Assembly (NCBI GenBank): GCA_963699755.1
Contig: CAVOVB010000001.1
Location: 1,408,001 to 1,472,000 of the forward strand
DNA length: 64,000 bases
Origin: an uncultured delta proteobacterium
Lineage (GTDB): Bacteria > Myxococcota_A > Polyangia > Polyangiales > Houyiibacteriaceae
Direction: 5' to 3'
How positions within the stretch are numbered: the stretch's first letter is position 1; each line of letters begins with the position of its first letter. A program made the position numbers and the translations under genes. Shown here one piece after another: positions 10,476 to 19,498 of the stretch. The notes under the pieces were generated by a model. It had not been told where the DNA came from, ran no database searches, and saw only the letters and a list, made by a program, of their open reading frames with translations.

Positions 10476-11321
10476 ATGCCACGTTTGATCCCAGTTTTTG
10501 CACTTTGCCTCTTGGCCTGTGCTTCCTGCAGGAAGAAGGCCGACACCGCCGTAAAGGAGACTGCCATGACCAAGAGCGCGAGCGCGCCCGACATCCGAGG
10601 CGAAGAAGTTTCCTATCAAGCAGGCGGCACTACGCTCAAAGGCTACATCGCCTGGGATGCGAGCAGGCCTCAACCTCTGCCTGGAGTCATCGTCGTGCAC
10701 GAGTGGTGGGGGCACAACGAGTATGTCCGGCGACGCGCGCGCATGCTAGCCGCGGAAGGCTATGTCGCGCTGGCCCTCGACATGTACGGCGACGGGAAGA
10801 ACACTCAGCATCCCGAGGACGCGCAAAACTTCGTGATGGAAGCGGTCAGCAACGCGGAGGTCGCCAAGGCGCGCTTCTTGGCTGCAACCGATCTGTTGAA
10901 GAAGCAGGATGCGACCGATCCATCCAAGATCGCCGCGATCGGCTATTGCTTCGGCGGAGCGGTCGTCTTGCAGATGGCCCGTCTCGGGGCAGACCTCGAT
11001 GGGGTTGCGAGCTTTCATGGAACCTTGTCGCCTCAGGGCCCTCCGGCTCAGCGAGGCCTTTTCAAGGCCAAGGTCTTGGTGCTCCATGGTGCCGACGACG
11101 CGCTGGTTCCTCCAGAGCAGGTTGCCGCATTTAAGAAGGAAATGGACGCGGCCGGCGTGGACTACCGGTTCATCGAGTATCCAGGGGCCCAGCACGCTTT
11201 CACGAACCCGGAGGCGACCGAGCGGGGGGCGAAGCTCAAGATGCCCCTGGCGTACGACGAAGCGGCAGACACGCAGAGCTGGGCGGAGCTTCAGAAGTTC
11301 CTTCGAGGGTTGTTCAGCTAG
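10476..11321 (+). CDS. Dienelactone hydrolase family protein with lipoprotein-like signal
   Basis: 'HEWWG', 'GYCFGG' nucleophile, 'HGADD', 'AQHAF'; N-terminal 'LCLLACASC'. Confidence 0.9.
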   Translation: MPRLIPVFALCLLACASCRKKADTAVKETAMTKSASAPDIRGEEVSYQAGGTTLKGYIAWDASRPQPLPGVIVVHEWWGHNEYVRRRARMLAAEGYVALALDMYGDGKNTQHPEDAQNFVMEAVSNAEVAKARFLAATDLLKKQDATDPSKIAAIGYCFGGAVVLQMARLGADLDGVASFHGTLSPQGPPAQRGLFKAKVLVLHGADDALVPPEQVAAFKKEMDAAGVDYRFIEYPGAQHAFTNPEATERGAKLKMPLAYDEAADTQSWAELQKFLRGLFS

Positions 11322-11328
11322 CCCGTGC

Positions 11329-12912
11329 TCACGTGAGCTCGCGCCTCATTACCTTACCTGTCGCATTGCGCGGCAGCGCGTCGATGAACACGACGTCGCG
11401 GGGAACTTTGAAGCTCGCCAGGCCCTCCTTCACGTAGGCCTTCACCGCGTCCTCGTCGAGTCTGGCGCTCGGCTTTAGGACGACGAAGGCCTTGAGACGT
11501 TGACCCCACTCCGGATCGCTGACACCGATGACGGCCGCTTCTTCCACGTCGCCGTGGCCGGCGATAAGGTCTTCGATTTCGCGCGGAAATAGGTTTTCGC
11601 CGCCCGAGATGATCATCTCGTCGTCGCGACCGTCGACGAAGAGACGGCCGTTCTCGTCGAAGTGCCCGACGTCACCGCTGCTAACCATCGAGCCCCGCCG
11701 TTCTTTGTCATCACCGCTGGTGTAGCCCTCGAAGGAGATCGAGTTGGCGACGAAGATGCGCCCGGTTTGGCCGATGGGCAGCGGTTCGCCCTGTTCGTCG
11801 AGGATCTTCACCACGGTGCCCAATGGAGGTGTTCCAGCGGTTCCAGGAGCGGCACGCATGTCTTGTGGCGAAGCGACCGTTGCCATGGCGACCTCGGTCG
11901 AGCCGTAGAAGTTGTAGAGGTTGTCTCCAAAGGTATCCATCCACTCGCTTGCCACGTGATCAGGGAGGGCCGAACCGCTCGCCGCCGTGATCCGTAGCGA
12001 GCTCAGGTCGTACTTGCGCTTCACCTCGTCGGGCAGGGCGAGCATGCGTTGCATCATGATCGGAACGACAGCGAGCGAGGTGCACTTGTGCTCGGCGACC
12101 GCACGTAGGGTCGCTTCCGGATCAAAACGTCGAGTCATGACGTAGGTCGTTCCTAGAACCATTCCAAGCTGAAACTGTCCGAGACCCCAAGAATGAAAGA
12201 GCGGAGCCGCGATCATGGTTCGCTCGCCGCTCCGCAGGGGAAGCGCGGAAAGCATCGAGGCGATCGGCATCATGCCTTTTGGAGAGCCACGCTTCGCACC
12301 CTTGGGCGTTCCGGTCGTTCCCGACGTGAGCATGGTGAAGCGCGACTCGATGCTCGGTGGCTCGACGTCGCGGTCTGCGTGGTTCACGATCAGGTCTTCG
12401 ATGCTCTGGTCGTCACCCGATCCGTACACGACGAACCTTGGCATCTCCCGAAGGCCTTCGAGCAAGCCGGTAAACTCCTCGTCGTAGAGTAGAGCGCTGA
12501 CCTTCTCACGCTTCGCGACCTCGGTAAGCTGCGGGGCAGCGAACATGGTGTTCAGCAAGACCATGTTCGCACCGACCTTCGAGCAGGCGAGTATCGCCTC
12601 GACAAAGCCCCGATGATTGCGGCACATGAGGCCGACCACATCGCCCGCGGACACGCCGGCCTCTCGAAGCCCGCGCGCGAGCGCATTGGACCGCCGATTC
12701 ACCTCGTCGAAGGTGGCCGGGCCATCGTCATCGATGACCGCGACCGTATCGGGCTGACGGATCGCGAGCGCGATGAAGCCCATCGCAGGCGAACGTCCCC
12801 AGCCCTTTGCGGCTCTCACGATGCGTATCGTCTTGTCGGGTCGGATCGGTTTGAGTACACCTGCACGATAGAGCACGCGCAGGACTTCGAGCTTCTCGGC
12901 GAGATTTCCCAC
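11329..12912 (-). CDS. AMP-forming acyl-CoA synthetase (FadD-like)
   Basis: 'TSGTTGTPKG', 'YGSTE', 'SGDVG', 'GRDDEMIISGGEN', 'PRNATGK'. Confidence 0.92.
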   Translation of the reverse strand: MGNLAEKLEVLRVLYRAGVLKPIRPDKTIRIVRAAKGWGRSPAMGFIALAIRQPDTVAVIDDDGPATFDEVNRRSNALARGLREAGVSAGDVVGLMCRNHRGFVEAILACSKVGANMVLLNTMFAAPQLTEVAKREKVSALLYDEEFTGLLEGLREMPRFVVYGSGDDQSIEDLIVNHADRDVEPPSIESRFTMLTSGTTGTPKGAKRGSPKGMMPIASMLSALPLRSGERTMIAAPLFHSWGLGQFQLGMVLGTTYVMTRRFDPEATLRAVAEHKCTSLAVVPIMMQRMLALPDEVKRKYDLSSLRITAASGSALPDHVASEWMDTFGDNLYNFYGSTEVAMATVASPQDMRAAPGTAGTPPLGTVVKILDEQGEPLPIGQTGRIFVANSISFEGYTSGDDKERRGSMVSSGDVGHFDENGRLFVDGRDDEMIISGGENLFPREIEDLIAGHGDVEEAAVIGVSDPEWGQRLKAFVVLKPSARLDEDAVKAYVKEGLASFKVPRDVVFIDALPRNATGKVMRRELT

Positions 12913-12994
12913 GCGGCGAGATTAGCGCCTTGCCGCTCTGGTGTCAGGGGGGTGCTGGCGCGACCGCGCTCGGCGGTCTACTTGGATCACGGAC

Positions 12995-14215
12995 ATGCAA
13001 GAGACTCAGACATCGGTGGACGAGAGGCTGGAGATCCCGGCAATGGCCTCATCGCGCGGTCGAGTAGGCGCGCTCATCGCCGGCCTCGTCATGGTGGGAG
13101 CTGCGATGGGGATCTACTTCTTGACCCGTGGTCCAGACGCGAGTCCCTACCGGGCCACCGAGGTCACCAGGGCCTCGATCGTGAACGAGATTCGGGTGAC
13201 CGCAAGCATTGTCCTGACCGACCAAGTGGAGGTGCCCGCGCCCGTCGAGGGACAGCTCGTCGAGGTGGCCGTTCAATCGGGAGACCAGGTGGAGGAGGGT
13301 CAGCTTCTCGCGCGGCTCGACAAGGTGTCCGCCGAGGTTGCCTACCTCATCGCCCAGGCAGACTCGCAGGTCGCGCGCGCGCGCGTCTCCGAGGCGGAGG
13401 CTTCGGCGGAGCGCGCGAGCCGATCACTCGAGCGCACCAATCGGCTCGCCGACAAGGGGCTGGCGAGTGCGAGCGACCTGGAAGCGACGCGTTCCGAAAT
13501 GACCAAAGCGCGGGCGTCTCTCAAGGCGGCCCGAGCTGAGCACTTGGCGGCCCTCGAGCGTGTTTCTCTGCGAGGGCGCGAGCGAGACCAGACCGAGATC
13601 GTCGCTCCGCGCGCAGGACTCGTGCTCGAGGCCCCGTCTCATACCGGCATGGTCGTTGGGCCACGGACACGACTCTTCCGAATCGGTGCTCCGCTCGACC
13701 AGGTGAACGTCGAGGCGCCAATAGGCGAGGCCGACATCGGCGATATGTCGCTCGGCCTCAGCGCCAAGTTCGAGGTGCCCACGTATCCGGGCCGTATCTT
13801 CGAAGCCACCGTGAAGCACATCAGTCCCGACCCCAAGACCGAGCATGGGGCAATCTTCTACATGGTGAAGCTCGCCGCGAACAATCCAGATCACGCGCTC
13901 CTACCTGGCATGACCGCGCAACTCAGGATCAAGGTCGCCCAGGTCGACGATGTGCTGGCGGTGCGCGAGGCGACCCTTCGATTTACGCCTGAGGGCGCCC
14001 CTGAAGCGCCCCCCCGCAGTCGCGTCTGGCGGATCCGCGGGACGGAGCTGGAGGAGGTCCCGGTCGAGGTCGGTTTGTCCGACGGGGCACTCACCGAAGT
14101 CCGCCCGAGCAACCCCGACGACCTTCAAATCGCCGACTCGATCGCAATCGGGCTCGCGTTGGACGGTGACAGTGGCGCCGCGGCTCCTTCCTTGTCGCTC
14201 AAGGGACATCGATGA
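12995..14215 (+). CDS. Efflux periplasmic adaptor / membrane fusion protein (MacA-like)
   Basis: Single TM segment, lipoyl-like 'GDQVEEGQLLARLD', coiled coil, 'LLPGMTA', 'VEVGLSDG'; start ATG 12995 assumed. Confidence 0.88.
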   Translation: MQETQTSVDERLEIPAMASSRGRVGALIAGLVMVGAAMGIYFLTRGPDASPYRATEVTRASIVNEIRVTASIVLTDQVEVPAPVEGQLVEVAVQSGDQVEEGQLLARLDKVSAEVAYLIAQADSQVARARVSEAEASAERASRSLERTNRLADKGLASASDLEATRSEMTKARASLKAARAEHLAALERVSLRGRERDQTEIVAPRAGLVLEAPSHTGMVVGPRTRLFRIGAPLDQVNVEAPIGEADIGDMSLGLSAKFEVPTYPGRIFEATVKHISPDPKTEHGAIFYMVKLAANNPDHALLPGMTAQLRIKVAQVDDVLAVREATLRFTPEGAPEAPPRSRVWRIRGTELEEVPVEVGLSDGALTEVRPSNPDDLQIADSIAIGLALDGDSGAAAPSLSLKGHR

Positions 14216-14913
14216 CTGCTACGTCGATCGTCGAGGCTCGAGGCATTCGAAAGGTGTTTCCGAACATGACGGCGCCCGTGCTCGACGGGGTGAGCCTGCG
14301 CGTCGATCGGGGAGAAATCGTCGCGCTCATGGGGCCGTCGGGCTCGGGGAAGTCGACCTTGATGAACATCCTCGGCTGCCTCGACGGTCCGTCGGACGGT
14401 TCGTATTCGCTTGGGGGCAAGGACGTTTCCACCTTGAGCTCGCGGGAACGCGCCTGGGTACGACTTCACTACATCGGTTTCATCTTTCAATCGTTTTACC
14501 TGATCGCAGACCACACCGTCCTCGAGAACGTGACGCTCCCGCTCTACTACGCTGGCGTGGATCGGCACCAGCGCGAGGCGCGCGCCGTCGAGCTCATCGA
14601 GCGGGTCGGCTTGGGTCATCGATTAAGCCACAGGCCGGCGCAGCTTTCGGGCGGTGAGAAGCAGCGCGTGGCGATTGCCCGCGCCGTTTCGGGTCAGCCT
14701 CGCCTCCTCCTTGCCGATGAGCCCACTGGCGCCCTCGATACGAAGACCGGCAACGAGGTCATGGAGCTGCTTCTAGAGATCCACGAGGCCAGAGCCCTGA
14801 CCTTGATCATCGTGACGCACGACCCGGAGATTGCGCAGTATTGCCACCGTCAGATCTATCTGCGGGACGGAAAGATCGTCCCCGAGGGAGGTCGGCATGC
14901 CGCGGACGCGTAG
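14212..14913 (+). CDS. ABC transporter ATP-binding protein (MacB/LolD-like)
   Basis: Walker A GPSGSGKS, signature LSGGEKQRVAIARA, 'LLADEPTGALD', 'VTHD'. Confidence 0.95.
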   Translation: MTATSIVEARGIRKVFPNMTAPVLDGVSLRVDRGEIVALMGPSGSGKSTLMNILGCLDGPSDGSYSLGGKDVSTLSSRERAWVRLHYIGFIFQSFYLIADHTVLENVTLPLYYAGVDRHQREARAVELIERVGLGHRLSHRPAQLSGGEKQRVAIARAVSGQPRLLLADEPTGALDTKTGNEVMELLLEIHEARALTLIIVTHDPEIAQYCHRQIYLRDGKIVPEGGRHAADA

Positions 14914-16111
14914 TGAGGTCGTCGGACGTGCGGTCCGCACTGCGATCCGGAATCCCGGCCGCACGTTGCTCACGATGCTGGGGCTCGCAATTGGCGTCGG
15001 TGCATTCCTCGCCATGGTGAGCTTCGGAAGCGGAGCACGCAGCTCGGTGATGGAGCAGTTTGAAATCCTGGGAACCCGGGTCGTCTACATCTGGACGAAC
15101 ATGGGGCGTCGCGACTTCGGAGGAGCTGCGAGGCCGCTGACCGATGCCGATGTCGACGCGTTGCTGCGTGACTCGATGACGATCGAGAGGGTGGTTCCGC
15201 GCATCACCGAGGTGCAGAACGTGAAGTCGGTCTACCGAACGTCTCCCATCAACGTCACCGGAACGAAGCCGGACTTCGTCCACATTCGCGAGTGGCCGAT
15301 GCTGATGGGAGGGATGTTCGACGAGACCGACGTCGTGCAGCGGGCGAAAGTCGCCGTCATTGGCACCACCGTTGCGCGCGAGCTCTTCGGCCGCCGCGAC
15401 CCGGTGGGGCAGACCATCACGATTGGGGCCAACCTTCCGTGCCGAATCATCGGCGTTCTGGTTTCGAAGGGCGAACAAACCACCGGCGAAGACATGGACG
15501 AGATCGTCTTGATCCCGGCGACAACCTACCAAGCATTTCTCGGCACGCCCATCGGCTACCACGAGCTCATGGTGCAGGTCCGAGACCTCAGTCTCATCGA
15601 GACGGCCATGCTCGAAGCAGTGCCGATCATGCGACGCTCGCATCGTCTGGCCGATATCGAGGAAGACGACTTCAGGATGGCGAGCCCTGCGCAAGCTGCG
15701 CAGCTCGCACGCTTCGTTTCGACGGTTCTCACCGGCCTACTGGTCGGTATCGCCGCCGTGTCGTTGCTCGTCGGTGGAATCGGCGTGATGAACATCCAGT
15801 TGGTTTCGGTCGCCGAACGGACTCAAGAAATCGGCATTCGATCCGCGATCGGCGCCTCGCCGAGACAGATTTTGATGCAGTTTCTCGCTGAAGCCGTGGT
15901 CTTGTCGTTCACCGGTTCATTGGCAGGCGTGGCGCTAGGTTGGCTCGCGTCCACCATGGTCGGTCGGGCCATGACCTGGTCGGGCAATCTTTCGCTCCTG
16001 ATGATGATGGCTGCGGCTCTTTTCGGAACCAGTGTCGGCGTAGCTTTCGGGTATCTTCCGGCGCGACGCGCAGCGCAGCTCGAGCCCATCGAAGCGCTAC
16101 GCCATGAATGA
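14897..16111 (+). CDS. ABC transporter permease (MacB/FtsX family)
   Basis: 'RTLLTMLGLAIGV', 'SLLVGGIGVMNI..VSV.ERT.EIGIR.AIGA', 'PARRAA.L.PIEALR.E'; GGAGG RBS before ATG 14897. Confidence 0.93.
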   Translation: MPRTRSEVVGRAVRTAIRNPGRTLLTMLGLAIGVGAFLAMVSFGSGARSSVMEQFEILGTRVVYIWTNMGRRDFGGAARPLTDADVDALLRDSMTIERVVPRITEVQNVKSVYRTSPINVTGTKPDFVHIREWPMLMGGMFDETDVVQRAKVAVIGTTVARELFGRRDPVGQTITIGANLPCRIIGVLVSKGEQTTGEDMDEIVLIPATTYQAFLGTPIGYHELMVQVRDLSLIETAMLEAVPIMRRSHRLADIEEDDFRMASPAQAAQLARFVSTVLTGLLVGIAAVSLLVGGIGVMNIQLVSVAERTQEIGIRSAIGASPRQILMQFLAEAVVLSFTGSLAGVALGWLASTMVGRAMTWSGNLSLLMMMAAALFGTSVGVAFGYLPARRAAQLEPIEALRHE

Positions 16112-17427
16112 GGTGGAACATGAATATGGTCTGCGAAAGGAAGGGCGGAGGGGTGGCCGTGCTGGTCGTGCTCGCCGCGATGCTCGCGCCGACAGCGGTA
16201 TCGGCTGAAGTCGTCACACTGCAGAAGCTAGAGACGCTCTCGCTTCAGAACCAAGCGCATTGGGAGGCCGTCGAAGCGGGCGCGGTGCGGGCGGACGCGG
16301 AGGTCGACGCGGCTCGAGCGGGGAAGATGCCCACATTCTGGATGAACATCATGGGCGTCGCGGCACCTGGCTCTTACATCGAGCGTGTCCAAACCGTGGA
16401 CGGGCGCGTGGTCAACGTCCAGGCGTCCCCCACGGTTACGGAGAGCACAGCGTTTCGGCCAAACATTCGGTACGAGGGGACGATCGACATGCGCGCACCC
16501 ATTTATGACAGTCAGACCCGGGCCTCGATCAAGGCGGCAGAAGCGTATCGAGCCGCTGCGGAGGCCAACTCTGGCGCGTCTCGCGAGACTGTGCTCAGCA
16601 TGGTGCGCGCCGCCTATCTCGATTGGTTGGCGACCGAGCTGACACAGGACTTGGCGCTAGGCTCCGCAGAGGAGGCCAAGGCGCAGCGCGAACGCATCGA
16701 AGAACGGGTCTCGGACGGGGATCGCGCGCCTTCCGAGCTCGAAACTGCGCGCTACGAAGAGCTCCAGGCAGAGCTCGTTGCGGCGGATGCCAGGGCGAGA
16801 GCCGTCGCCGCCAAGCGGCTCTTGGAATCTGCGGTCGGAAGCGAGCTCTCCCCGGACGCAGAGCCGGACAGCTCGCTTCTGAGCATGGACTCCAGCGAGC
16901 TCGACTCGGATAGGGGTTGGGAGGCGGAAGCGCTCGAACGGCAACGCGACGCGGCGCTTCAAGAGGCGCGGATGCATCGCAAGGGTCGAGCCCCGGTCCT
17001 CGCCATCATTGGCCAAACCGGTCTGGCCGGCGTCAACGAGCGGGTGTTCCCGATGTATCGACTCGGTCTCAATCTTGCGGTGCCCCTCTGGGACGGAGGC
17101 AAGGCGGTCGCTCTGGCGCGCGCTGCCGACGCCCAAGGCAGCGAGTTTGGCGCGCGTGCCCGCGAAGCGCGCCTGGCCCGAAACGACGCGCTGCAACAGG
17201 CCCTCCTCGATCGGGAGCACAGCGAAGAGCAACTCGATCTCGCCGATCGCCTCGTCGCCGTTTCGGAGATTCGCGTGGAGCAAGCACAGACGAGCTACGA
17301 GCTCGGCGCAGGGGATGTCGAGACTGTCGCCGACGCGCGCGTCGCGCTCCGGGATGCCCAATCCCGCCGCGTTCAAATCCAAGTCGCCCGCGCCGATGCC
17401 ATTCTGCGGCTGGGCGGCAAAAACTGA
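16108..17427 (+). CDS. TolC-family outer membrane efflux protein
   Basis: Signal peptide, two repeated helical units with 'PIYD'/'PLWDGG' strands; last gene of the MFP-ABC operon. Confidence 0.8.
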   Translation: MRWNMNMVCERKGGGVAVLVVLAAMLAPTAVSAEVVTLQKLETLSLQNQAHWEAVEAGAVRADAEVDAARAGKMPTFWMNIMGVAAPGSYIERVQTVDGRVVNVQASPTVTESTAFRPNIRYEGTIDMRAPIYDSQTRASIKAAEAYRAAAEANSGASRETVLSMVRAAYLDWLATELTQDLALGSAEEAKAQRERIEERVSDGDRAPSELETARYEELQAELVAADARARAVAAKRLLESAVGSELSPDAEPDSSLLSMDSSELDSDRGWEAEALERQRDAALQEARMHRKGRAPVLAIIGQTGLAGVNERVFPMYRLGLNLAVPLWDGGKAVALARAADAQGSEFGARAREARLARNDALQQALLDREHSEEQLDLADRLVAVSEIRVEQAQTSYELGAGDVETVADARVALRDAQSRRVQIQVARADAILRLGGKN

Positions 17428-17428
17428 G

Positions 17429-19498
17429 CTAGAAACGAAAGACGTACTCGACCCAGAGCCAGTGCTCAGGGTTGGGCACGCGCGCTTGCGTCGACTCACG
17501 CTCATCTACAAACACGCGGAAGTCGTAGCGAAACCGCAATACGTCGCGGTCGCGCAAGTCGAGCGCGACGTCTAAATGCGCCCACAGCCGTTGGGGAAGG
17601 CGATGATTGTCCCAGACGTCGTCGAAGTCGTAGCGTACACGGAGGGCGATGCGCAGCCGGTCGAGCGGGCGGGTCGTGACGTTCAGGATTGCAGCCATGT
17701 CCTGCTGAAGCCGGTGGCCCCCGAGCTTCCCCTTCCAGCGGTACCGAAACTGCCCCGACAAGCCGACTCGGCCTTGTGGCGCATAGGCGAGCTGCGTCGC
17801 CGCCACGAACCGCTGGCCAGCACCATTTCGATACTCGCCCCAGGTTGCCCAGGTCCATGACGAGCTGATTCGCCAATCCGTACGCGCGAAGACGAGCGCG
17901 TTGAGCAGACGGGAAGAGAGCTGACGCCATCCATCGATGAGCGCGCGGAGCCCAACGTGGCGTCCAAGCCGAGCTGTTGCGCGAAGTCGAACCCCGGCCT
18001 CGTCCGTCGCCCGCAATCCGCCTAGCTCGTCCGGAGCCGAGACGGATCGCGCATAGGGATTCGCGAAACGCGAAGTGTAGTATCGCAGCGAAGCGTCGAG
18101 CTCGCTATTGGGCAGCGTGGTCACGCTTCGAAGCACGGCGCCGTATCCGCCTCTACCGGCAGGCTGAGCATCGAAGCTCCGCGCCACCTCGACGAAGAAG
18201 TCTTGCGAACCGAAGCCGAACGCTGCGTCTAGCCCCAGAGCTCCGAAAGGCCCACCGAACGGCCTGCGCGAAAAATCTTGGAAACCGAGCTCGGCGCCTC
18301 GGACGAGCCACCTCGGCACCGAGCCATAGCCGGTGATGCCGAGATGAGCCCGGTCCCTCCAGAAATAGCTCATGTTCGCGCCTGCAAGCCCCTCGGCGAA
18401 CATCGCCGGCAGGGTGGCGAACCTGGCTGTGCTCGCGGGTGCCCTTTGGTCGACTGTTCTCACGTAGACTCGCGGCGACACGCAGCCCGGGTCGGCATCT
18501 CGGCGAGGGTCGGCACAAGTAGCCGCATCGACGAGCTCGATCTGCGGAATGCGGTGGACTTGATACGAGCCCCATGCGTAGGCCTGCAGCCATCCTTTCC
18601 CAAGACGAAGCTCCTTCAATCCTATGGCGATGCCTGCAAGGCGATTCGTCCATGCGAAGTCGGGCGTGACCCTCGACTGCGGACCGGCCGAGCAGGGCGA
18701 TTGTGCAAGCTCTCCGGCCGCGCGTCTACATCGGAGCGCAAGCTCGTTGTCCCATCGAAGCTCGTAGTCACCGAACGAACCGTTCGGCGCCACCTGGTCG
18801 GTCACATCAAACGTCAGCCGTTGCCCGAAACCAATGCGATAGGTTCCTGCCACGATCTCCCAGTCGTCGTCCTTCCATTCGACATAAAGCTTGGGAACCT
18901 CGAACCGTACTCCTTCGGGCGCGGCGCTAAGCGCATTTCGATTCGGATCCCAGCGAACCCGACGCAAGCCGTTTCGCGTCAAGGCCCCGGCTATGCCGAT
19001 GTCCAAGTTGCCCAGCGTCCGGACCCGCGCCTGGAGCGCGGACGCGGGTGGTAGTCGGTCGTATCGGCCCGTCCATCGTCCTTGGAGCCGCAGCGAGCCC
19101 AGGGTTCGTGACCTTCCGCGCTCCGGATCGCGGAAGACGACGAATGCGCGAAGGGAACGCGCCAAGTTCGACTCCAGCACGCCGGCCTCGATCAACTCGT
19201 CCAAGCCGTGAATCGTCCCAGCCGCGTTGCGATAGGCGAGGAGCTCGTCGACCTGCGCGTAGTCCAGGTTTGGAAGTAGATACAAACTCTCCCGTCCGGC
19301 CCGATTGAGGTCGACGCGAGTCTGATGAAGGAGCAGGAGTGCGTTGAAGGACTGCTCCGAGATTTGCTCGGTGGCGAGGAGGTCGTACAGGTCTTCCTCG
19401 GTTTCGACGTCGATGAAGATTTCGTACTCGGCCGCAGATGCCGTGCGAGCGGAGAGCAGAAGAAGGAAGCCGAAGAACAGGGCGTGCCTCAGGAGCAC
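17429..19498 (-). CDS. Helix-hairpin-helix (ComEA-like) domain protein with predicted C-terminal outer-membrane beta-barrel
   Basis: Signal peptide ending ASA; 'RVDLNRAGRESLYLLPNL..AQVDELLAYR...GTIHGLDEL' HhH pattern; amphipathic strands; C-terminus 'WLWVEYVFRF' ending in Phe. Confidence 0.75.
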   Translation of the reverse strand: MLLRHALFFGFLLLLSARTASAAEYEIFIDVETEEDLYDLLATEQISEQSFNALLLLHQTRVDLNRAGRESLYLLPNLDYAQVDELLAYRNAAGTIHGLDELIEAGVLESNLARSLRAFVVFRDPERGRSRTLGSLRLQGRWTGRYDRLPPASALQARVRTLGNLDIGIAGALTRNGLRRVRWDPNRNALSAAPEGVRFEVPKLYVEWKDDDWEIVAGTYRIGFGQRLTFDVTDQVAPNGSFGDYELRWDNELALRCRRAAGELAQSPCSAGPQSRVTPDFAWTNRLAGIAIGLKELRLGKGWLQAYAWGSYQVHRIPQIELVDAATCADPRRDADPGCVSPRVYVRTVDQRAPASTARFATLPAMFAEGLAGANMSYFWRDRAHLGITGYGSVPRWLVRGAELGFQDFSRRPFGGPFGALGLDAAFGFGSQDFFVEVARSFDAQPAGRGGYGAVLRSVTTLPNSELDASLRYYTSRFANPYARSVSAPDELGGLRATDEAGVRLRATARLGRHVGLRALIDGWRQLSSRLLNALVFARTDWRISSSWTWATWGEYRNGAGQRFVAATQLAYAPQGRVGLSGQFRYRWKGKLGGHRLQQDMAAILNVTTRPLDRLRIALRVRYDFDDVWDNHRLPQRLWAHLDVALDLRDRDVLRFRYDFRVFVDERESTQARVPNPEHWLWVEYVFRF

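Noticed and set aside
12995..17427. MacAB-TolC exporter as part of the DNA-harvesting locus
   Set aside because: It is convergent (stops 1 bp apart) and of ordinary composition; nothing links the two functionally.
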